Assembly: GCA_051746725.1 (NCBI GenBank)
Contig: JBNJFI010000050.1
Span: forward strand, 1 to 13,085
Reading direction: 5' to 3'
DNA length: 13,085 nt
Source of the DNA: Fusobacteriota bacterium
GTDB taxonomy: Bacteria > Fusobacteriota > Fusobacteriia > Fusobacteriales > JBNJFI01
Positions 7,685 through 13,085 of this stretch are shown in pieces. Numbering within the stretch: the first letter of the stretch is position 1; each line of letters begins with the position of its first letter. Both the position numbers and the translations under genes were made by a program. Below the pieces are notes generated by a model. It had not been told where the DNA came from. It did no database searches and worked only from the letters and a program-made list of their open reading frames with translations.

Positions 7685-7713
7685 ATTATATACTATTTCA
7701 GAGGTTTTGTCAA
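7685..7713 (-). promoter_or_regulatory. Perfect consensus sigma70 promoter of the tRNA operon
   Basis: Minus strand TTGACA-N17-TATAAT, 30 nt upstream of tRNA-Thr. Confidence 0.85.
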
Positions 7714-7760
7714 CTATTTTTTTAGATTTATTTTATAAATTCCTTTTTTGCAATATTTTT

Positions 7761-8702
7761 CTACTTTTTTCTAACCTTTCTGAGAAAAACTCCTCTGTTT
7801 CCTATTTCTGAAGTTATTACTTTTTCCTTTTCCAAAACATCTAAATATTTATTTAACTCTGCTAGGTTTAACCCTGTTATCTCTGAGAGATCTTTTAAAG
7901 TACACGGTCTTTTTTCCAGCATATTTAAAATTAATTCTTCTGCATTTTCATTATAAGAAGTAATTAATCTCCTACTTTTGTATTTAGTTATTATCTCTAT
8001 ATTATTAAATCCCAAATACTTTTTTATTTCTTTTAATTTTTCAATAGGAGCTTTTTTGACCCAACCTTCAACTGGTGGCCTATCAAGACTATTTAATTGT
8101 ATCTTGTCAGGCTTTATTTTTAAGATAACTTCCTTAAAATTATCTAATTCTGCTTTGGTATTATTTAATCCATCAATCATAAATATTTCCAAGGCTATTT
8201 CCCCTTTATATTTCTTTCTCAAATTTATCAACCCATTTTTTATCTTTTCTATAGACAACTCTTTATTTGGTCGATTTATTTTTTCAAAAACTTCCTGAGA
8301 CGCAGCGTCTAATGAAGGAATTATAATATCAGCTTCTAAAACTTCATCTATAACTTCATCTTTATAAAAAAGAGTACCATTGGTAAGTATTGCAATTTTA
8401 GTATCTGTCATTTTTTTTATTTCACTTATTATATAACCAATCTTAGAATTCAACAAAGGCTCACCTGAACCTGAAAAAGTAATAAAATCTAAATAAGGAT
8501 CATCTTTTAAAAAATCCCTTAATTCCATCAATACTCTATCTGCATCTACATATTCTTTTCTCTCCATTGTTGTTTCATCTGTTCTTCCGACTTCACAATA
8601 AACACAGTCTAAGTTACATGTTTTCAATTTAACCAAATCTATCCCCAAAGAAACTCCTAGCCTTCTAGAAGGAACAGGTCCAAATATATATTTATATTCC
8701 AT
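7761..8702 (-). CDS. Radical SAM protein (COG0731, TYW1-related family) with a C-terminal winged-HTH-like domain
   Basis: YIFGPVPSRRLGVSLG N-terminus, CNLDCVYC (CxxxCxxC), TFSGSGEP, LTNGTL, SLDA; C-terminal RPCTLKDLSEITG...KYLDVL. Confidence 0.88.
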   Translation of the reverse strand: MEYKYIFGPVPSRRLGVSLGIDLVKLKTCNLDCVYCEVGRTDETTMERKEYVDADRVLMELRDFLKDDPYLDFITFSGSGEPLLNSKIGYIISEIKKMTDTKIAILTNGTLFYKDEVIDEVLEADIIIPSLDAASQEVFEKINRPNKELSIEKIKNGLINLRKKYKGEIALEIFMIDGLNNTKAELDNFKEVILKIKPDKIQLNSLDRPPVEGWVKKAPIEKLKEIKKYLGFNNIEIITKYKSRRLITSYNENAEELILNMLEKRPCTLKDLSEITGLNLAELNKYLDVLEKEKVITSEIGNRGVFLRKVRKK

Positions 8703-8725
8703 TTTTTCTCCTTTTTCTGTAAATT

Positions 8726-9094
8726 CTAATCTTTTAATAAGATAGCTGTTGCCATTGCATCTTTTTTGCTATGAGATATACTCAACATTATTTTATAACC
8801 ATCAAATTTTTTCTCCAAATCACCCTTTAAAAATACTTCCGGTTTTCCTAGATCATTATTTATTATCTCTATATCCTTTAAAGAAAATCCTCTTATCCCT
8901 GTTCCAAAAGCCTTAGAGATAGCCTCTTTAGCTGCAAACCTACCTGCATAGGTATTATAACTAAATTTTGATTCCCCGGCATATTCAATCTCCTTTTTAG
9001 TAAATATTCTATTTTTTATTTCACTATTTCTCTCAATAGCTTTTTTTATTCTATCTATTTCTATAATATCATTTCCCAATCCTAAAATTTTCAT
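8726..9094 (-). CDS. acpS: Holo-[acyl-carrier-protein] synthase
   Basis: GLGNDIIE, GRFAAKEAISKAFGTG, GKP and SISHS motifs. Confidence 0.95.
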   Translation of the reverse strand: MKILGLGNDIIEIDRIKKAIERNSEIKNRIFTKKEIEYAGESKFSYNTYAGRFAAKEAISKAFGTGIRGFSLKDIEIINNDLGKPEVFLKGDLEKKFDGYKIMLSISHSKKDAMATAILLKD

Positions 9095-9095
9095 A

Positions 9096-9854
9096 TTATT
9101 CTATCTCATAAGCTTTTTTGGTATTTATATTTGTAATTTTTATTAATTCTTCTAACTCTATTCCATGAATATCAGCTACCTTTTTTGCAACATATTTTAC
9201 ATAGCTAGGTTCATTTCTCTTCCCTCTATTTGGTTCAGGAGTTAGATATGGACAATCCGTTTCCACTAAAATTCTATCCAAAGGTAAGGACTTAACTACT
9301 TCTCGTAATCTAGTAGCATTTTTAAATGTTACAGGGCCACTTATAGAAAAATAAAATCTATCTTTTAATCTTTCAGCAGTCTCAGCACTTCCAGAATAAC
9401 TGTGAATAATACCTCTTACACCTGAATATTCTTCCAGTATTTTAACCGTATCTTCTGTGGCTTCACGCATGTGTATAACAACTGGTTTATCAACTCTCAT
9501 AGCCATTTCTAACTGCTTTCTAAATACATCTCTTTGAACATCTCGAGGTGAATAATCTTTATAATAATCTAACCCTATTTCACCTATTGCCAAAACCTCT
9601 TTATTCTTTGCTAATTCTTCTAGTTGTTCCTCTAAAAGAGCATTATAATTTTTCACATCATGTGGGTGAACTCCAACAGTTGCATATACATAACTATAAT
9701 TTTTGGCAAATTCTATACTTCGTTTTGAGGTTTCTAAATCTACACCTATATTTACAAAAAATTCTAACTCGTTTTTAGCTCTTTCCATAACTTCATCAAA
9801 ATCTTTACTAAATCTTTTATCATCTATATGACTATGTGCATCTATTAATTTCAT
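9096..9854 (-). CDS. tatD: TatD family deoxyribonuclease
   Basis: DAHSH, GVHPH, GEIGLDY, IH.R, ETDCPY and RNEP motifs. Confidence 0.93.
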   Translation of the reverse strand: MKLIDAHSHIDDKRFSKDFDEVMERAKNELEFFVNIGVDLETSKRSIEFAKNYSYVYATVGVHPHDVKNYNALLEEQLEELAKNKEVLAIGEIGLDYYKDYSPRDVQRDVFRKQLEMAMRVDKPVVIHMREATEDTVKILEEYSGVRGIIHSYSGSAETAERLKDRFYFSISGPVTFKNATRLREVVKSLPLDRILVETDCPYLTPEPNRGKRNEPSYVKYVAKKVADIHGIELEELIKITNINTKKAYEIE

Positions 9855-9886
9855 TTGACCCTCCTAGTTACTTTTTTTATTTTTTC

Positions 9887-9934
9887 AATATCAAAAAAGA
9901 GCACAGCTTAACTGCACTCTCTTTTTTTGATATT
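9887..9934 (-). terminator. Imperfect intrinsic terminator after dapL
   Basis: AATATCAAAAAAGAG...CTCTCTTTTTTTGATATT inverted repeat. Confidence 0.55.
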
Positions 9935-9975
9935 TTTATTCATATAACTTAGATTACATAACTTATATATTTATA

Positions 9976-11214
9976 TTATTCAAATATAAATTCTCCCTTA
10001 CCTAACCTTTTTTGAATCTCTTTTATAACTTCTTTTTCTTCTTCTACTCCATCAGCTACAAATGTAACAGAAAATCTCACATAATTTCCTGCATCATCCC
10101 AAGGAACAGTAGATATCATTTTTTCTTTTATCATATATTGAGAGAACTCTTCTGCATTTTTAAATTTTTCTCCTGATTTTGTCCCTGTAGGAGCTTTTAC
10201 ATAAAGATAAAAAGAACCCTTAGGTTTTTCCACTTCAAATCCAGCTTCTGTTAAAGCCTCTGTCAACATATCATGTCTTCTAGAATACTTTGCAGCTGTT
10301 TTTTCTGTGATTTCTGGATGTTCTAAGCAATAAACCCCTGCCTTTTGAATAGCGGCAAACTGTCCAGAATCATTATTATCTTTAACTGTAGCAAATCCTT
10401 TAACCACAAGTTCATTCCCTGTTATAAATGCAAGTCTCCAACCTGTCATGTTAAAAGCCTTCGAAATAGATTGAATTGCAATCCCTACTTCTTTTGCACC
10501 CTCTACGCTCAAAAAAGATAAAGGTTTTTCATCATCAAAAACCAATGCAGCATAAGCTTCATCAGAAACTACTATTATATCATTTTCTTTTGCAAATTCT
10601 ATTACTTCTTTATAAAATTCTTCTGTTGCAACTGCCCCTGTTGGGTTATTAGGATAATTTATATATAGTAACTTTGCTTTTTTCTTTTGCTCTTCTGTTA
10701 ATTGACTTAAATCTGGAAGAAAATTATTTTCTTCTAATAAAGGCAATTCCACTACTTCTCCACCTAAAGCTTTTGTAGTCGTCCCCAACACAGGATATCC
10801 TGGAGTAGTTCTAATAGTTATATCTCCTGGATTTATAAACGCTAACGGCAATAAAGCTAATATAGGCTTACTTCCTATACCATGATTCACTTCTGTTTCA
10901 GGGTCAATTCCCTCAACTCCAAATACATTTTTCATGTATTTAGCAGCGGCTTCTTTAAATTCTGCTATTCCATTATCAGTATATCCTCTATTTTCCCACT
11001 TTTTTGCTTCCTTATATAATACTTCAATAACTTCATCTTCTGCCATCCAATCAGGCTCTCCAACTCCCATATCTATTAGTTCTTTATCTGGATTTGCCTC
11101 TTTAGCAGCCTTTTTTGCTCTTTTTATCTTTTCAAACTTATATATTTCTGTATCTTTACCAAATTGGTCTCCTCCGACTCTTTCAGCAAACATCTTTTGA
11201 ATATAATTTTCCAT
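9976..11214 (-). CDS. dapL: LL-diaminopimelate aminotransferase (PLP class I/II)
   Basis: FAERVGG...YKFEKIKRAK N-terminus, NYPNNPTG, DEAY, PLP-lysine SISKAFNMTGWR, KDNNDSGQF; clustered with dapA. Confidence 0.85.
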   Translation of the reverse strand: MENYIQKMFAERVGGDQFGKDTEIYKFEKIKRAKKAAKEANPDKELIDMGVGEPDWMAEDEVIEVLYKEAKKWENRGYTDNGIAEFKEAAAKYMKNVFGVEGIDPETEVNHGIGSKPILALLPLAFINPGDITIRTTPGYPVLGTTTKALGGEVVELPLLEENNFLPDLSQLTEEQKKKAKLLYINYPNNPTGAVATEEFYKEVIEFAKENDIIVVSDEAYAALVFDDEKPLSFLSVEGAKEVGIAIQSISKAFNMTGWRLAFITGNELVVKGFATVKDNNDSGQFAAIQKAGVYCLEHPEITEKTAAKYSRRHDMLTEALTEAGFEVEKPKGSFYLYVKAPTGTKSGEKFKNAEEFSQYMIKEKMISTVPWDDAGNYVRFSVTFVADGVEEEKEVIKEIQKRLGKGEFIFE

Positions 11215-11239
11215 TAATACACCCTTTCTTTAATTAATT

Positions 11240-11743
11240 TTATTGCTCCTCTAAACTCTTTTCCAATAAATCTACTACACTTTTAAACGCTTCTTTGTTT
11301 TCATCATTTAGTTCTGTTAATGTTTTATGGGCTTCTAAAATATGTACATTTTTGGCTCGAACATCATCAAAATCTTTCATTTCTAATTCATCTATATCAT
11401 CTTCATCTATATCTTGGTCTTCATCCAAAAAAGTAACTAATTTATCTAGCCCTGTCGATTTAAAACTTGTCCTAATCATATTTGTTATATTTAAAATATA
11501 CAGTGTACTATCCCATTTCTTTTTTATTCTAATAGCAGTTTTAGCTATTAAACCCAACATAGTACTATCCATATAATTACACTTCGATAAATCTAATATT
11601 ATATCTTCTTGTTCTTTTGATAATAGATCTTCAAATAAATCTTCAAGGGTTTTACTATTTTTCATAGTAGCATTCCCTATGATTTTTATAAACATTTTAT
11701 TATCTATTTCACCTGCAAGATATTTACTTTCAACTCCACTCAT
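11240..11743 (-). CDS. STAS-domain anti-sigma-factor antagonist-like protein
   Basis: LDLSKCNYMDSTMLG phosphoserine motif, TGLDKL, and C-terminal ILEAHKTLTELN...F extension. Confidence 0.88.
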   Translation of the reverse strand: MSGVESKYLAGEIDNKMFIKIIGNATMKNSKTLEDLFEDLLSKEQEDIILDLSKCNYMDSTMLGLIAKTAIRIKKKWDSTLYILNITNMIRTSFKSTGLDKLVTFLDEDQDIDEDDIDELEMKDFDDVRAKNVHILEAHKTLTELNDENKEAFKSVVDLLEKSLEEQ

Positions 11744-11777
11744 TTTACTTCCTCCTTATATGTTATAGCCTTATTAT

Positions 11778-11807
11778 ATTATAACATATGGAACTATATT
11801 ATTTCAA
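11778..11807 (-). promoter_or_regulatory. Internal promoter for STAS-dapL
   Basis: Minus strand TTGAAA-N18-TATAAT with extended TG; the -35 lies in the dapA 3' end. Confidence 0.55.
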
Positions 11808-12669
11808 CCTTTTTCATAAGTTTTTTTAATAACTTGCTATTATCGATATCAATTTTAGTCAAAGGTAATCTAACATTTGGGTTTATCTTCCCTAATATAG
11901 ACATTGCTTCTTTAACTGGAACTGGATTAGGTTCACAGAACATAGCCTTATTTAATTTATACAACTTATGATGAAGATCTTTTGCTTTATCAAATTCTCC
12001 ATTTTCAACATATTTTATAAGGTCACTTACCTCTTTTGGCATAAAATTGGCTAAAACTGAAACAACACCTTTAGCTCCCACTGACATCATTGGCAATAAT
12101 AAGGAATCATCACCTGAGATAACATCAAAGTCCTCATCACAAATATTTACGATGTTTGAAACCTGTTCTACACTTCCTGCAGCTTCTTTAATTCCTTTAA
12201 TATTTGTCAACTCTGATAATTTTTTAGTTGTTTCTGGTTCCATATTAATCCCTGTTCTACCAGGAACATTATATAGCATAACTGGTATTCCAACCTTATT
12301 TATTTCAGTAAAATGAGCTATAAGCCCTTTTTGACCAGGTTTGTTATAATATGGACAAATCGAAAGCACTGCATCTGCTCCAACTTCCTTGGCATGCTTT
12401 GTTAATTCAACTGCTTCCTTGGTAGAGTTGGCCCCTGCTCCAGCTACTACTTCTATTCTACCATCTGCTTCTTCTACAACAAGCTCAACAACTTTTTTAT
12501 GTTCTGCCAATGTCAATGTTGGAGATTCACCTGTAGTTCCACATGGTGATATTCCAGATGTTCCATTTTCAATATGAAAATTTACCAATTCTCTTATTTT
12601 TTCTTCATCAATGGTACCATCTGATTTAAATGGTGTAATCATCGCTACATAAGATCCTTTAAAAAACAT
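11794..12669 (-). CDS. dapA: 4-hydroxy-tetrahydrodipicolinate synthase
   Basis: GTTGESPTL, PYYNKP, YNVPGRTG, GIKEA (Schiff-base Lys), SGDD, PNPVPVK. Confidence 0.96.
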   Translation of the reverse strand: MFFKGSYVAMITPFKSDGTIDEEKIRELVNFHIENGTSGISPCGTTGESPTLTLAEHKKVVELVVEEADGRIEVVAGAGANSTKEAVELTKHAKEVGADAVLSICPYYNKPGQKGLIAHFTEINKVGIPVMLYNVPGRTGINMEPETTKKLSELTNIKGIKEAAGSVEQVSNIVNICDEDFDVISGDDSLLLPMMSVGAKGVVSVLANFMPKEVSDLIKYVENGEFDKAKDLHHKLYKLNKAMFCEPNPVPVKEAMSILGKINPNVRLPLTKIDIDNSKLLKKLMKKVEII

Positions 12670-12761
12670 TTTACCCTCCTAATTTTTTCTAGTATTTTAG
12701 ATAGTTACAAAACTCTAACTATTTTATTTCATTACTTTTATTACACTTACTTTTAAGGTCT

Positions 12762-12906
12762 GCCCCCTCTAAATCTCCCCCTAGCAGGGGAGACTATCTT
12801 TATTTCCTTTCAAAATTGATTTTTAGAAAACATTTGAATTATTTAAACCCTTTCTACTTTCTTGCTTATCCCGTCCCCTGCCAGGGGGATGGCTAGGAAG
12901 GGGGGC
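12762..12906. repeat. GC-rich REP/BIME-like element: two inverted hairpin units
   Basis: GCCCCCTCTAAATCTCCCCCTAGCAGGGGAGACT (12762-12795) and TCCCCTGCCAGGGGGATGGCTAGGAAGGGGGGC (12874-12906). Each is a hairpin, and they are imperfect reverse complements of each other. Confidence 0.75.
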
Positions 12907-12991
12907 TTTAACTTGGTGATAATTCTGTGGATAACCTAAGATTTTATTCTTCAGTTTTGCAACTTCCTATTTTCTAGTATTCTATAAATTA

Positions 12992-13085
12992 TTATTTTAA
13001 TCTTTCAGGAATTACATCGTTTCTCAATATGTCGTCATAAGTCTGTGGTTTAACTATCCAATCTACATTTCCATCATTTAATAAA
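12992..13085 (-). CDS. lysA: 3' end of a probable diaminopimelate decarboxylase (truncated by the window edge)
   Basis: Hand translation ...LLNDGNVDWIVKPQTYDDILRNDVIPERLK* resembles LysA C-termini (..IRRRETYEDL..); lies upstream of dapA. Confidence 0.6.
   Translation of the reverse strand, partial: LLNDGNVDWIVKPQTYDDILRNDVIPERLK

Noticed and set aside
1749..12577. All plus-strand ORFs in the track (1749, 2518, 2727, 3935, 4038, 7978, 9548, 10934, 11295, 12047, 12389)
   Set aside because: They lie antisense within well-supported genes, lack recognisable motifs, and look like shadow ORFs
12670..12991. Lysine riboswitch upstream of dapA
   Set aside because: No recognisable L-box core (AGAGGNGC...) on the minus strand; the GC-rich parts are explained by the REP-like pair. 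An Rfam scan would settle it
1..13085. CRISPR array, transposase, prophage or defence genes
   Set aside because: No regularly spaced repeats or corresponding protein motifs seen

Overview
AT-rich bacterial chromosomal window with every gene on the minus strand. The tRNA and protein sequences suggest an anaerobe, possibly Fusobacteriota (inference). In transcription order (right to left): the 3' end of a probable lysA, a GC-rich REP/BIME-like inverted repeat, dapA, a STAS anti-anti-sigma protein, dapL, tatD, acpS, a COG0731-type radical SAM protein with a C-terminal HTH, and a tRNA-Thr(TGT)/tRNA-Tyr(GTA) operon. Next comes a decayed copy of that tRNA transcription unit, then a XylF-like lipoprotein, a TrmB-family regulator, a XylFGH-like sugar ABC transporter, an uncalled 59-aa ORF and a YaiI/YqxD protein. 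The most unusual signal is at 7085-7304. It has an intact consensus promoter, a 16-bp perfect palindrome, and a tRNA-Tyr collapsed by microhomology deletion into an acceptor-stem microhelix ending in ACCA, followed by a copy of the tRNA terminator. This could be a relic, a small RNA, or a tRNA promoter co-opted for the sugar-uptake locus.
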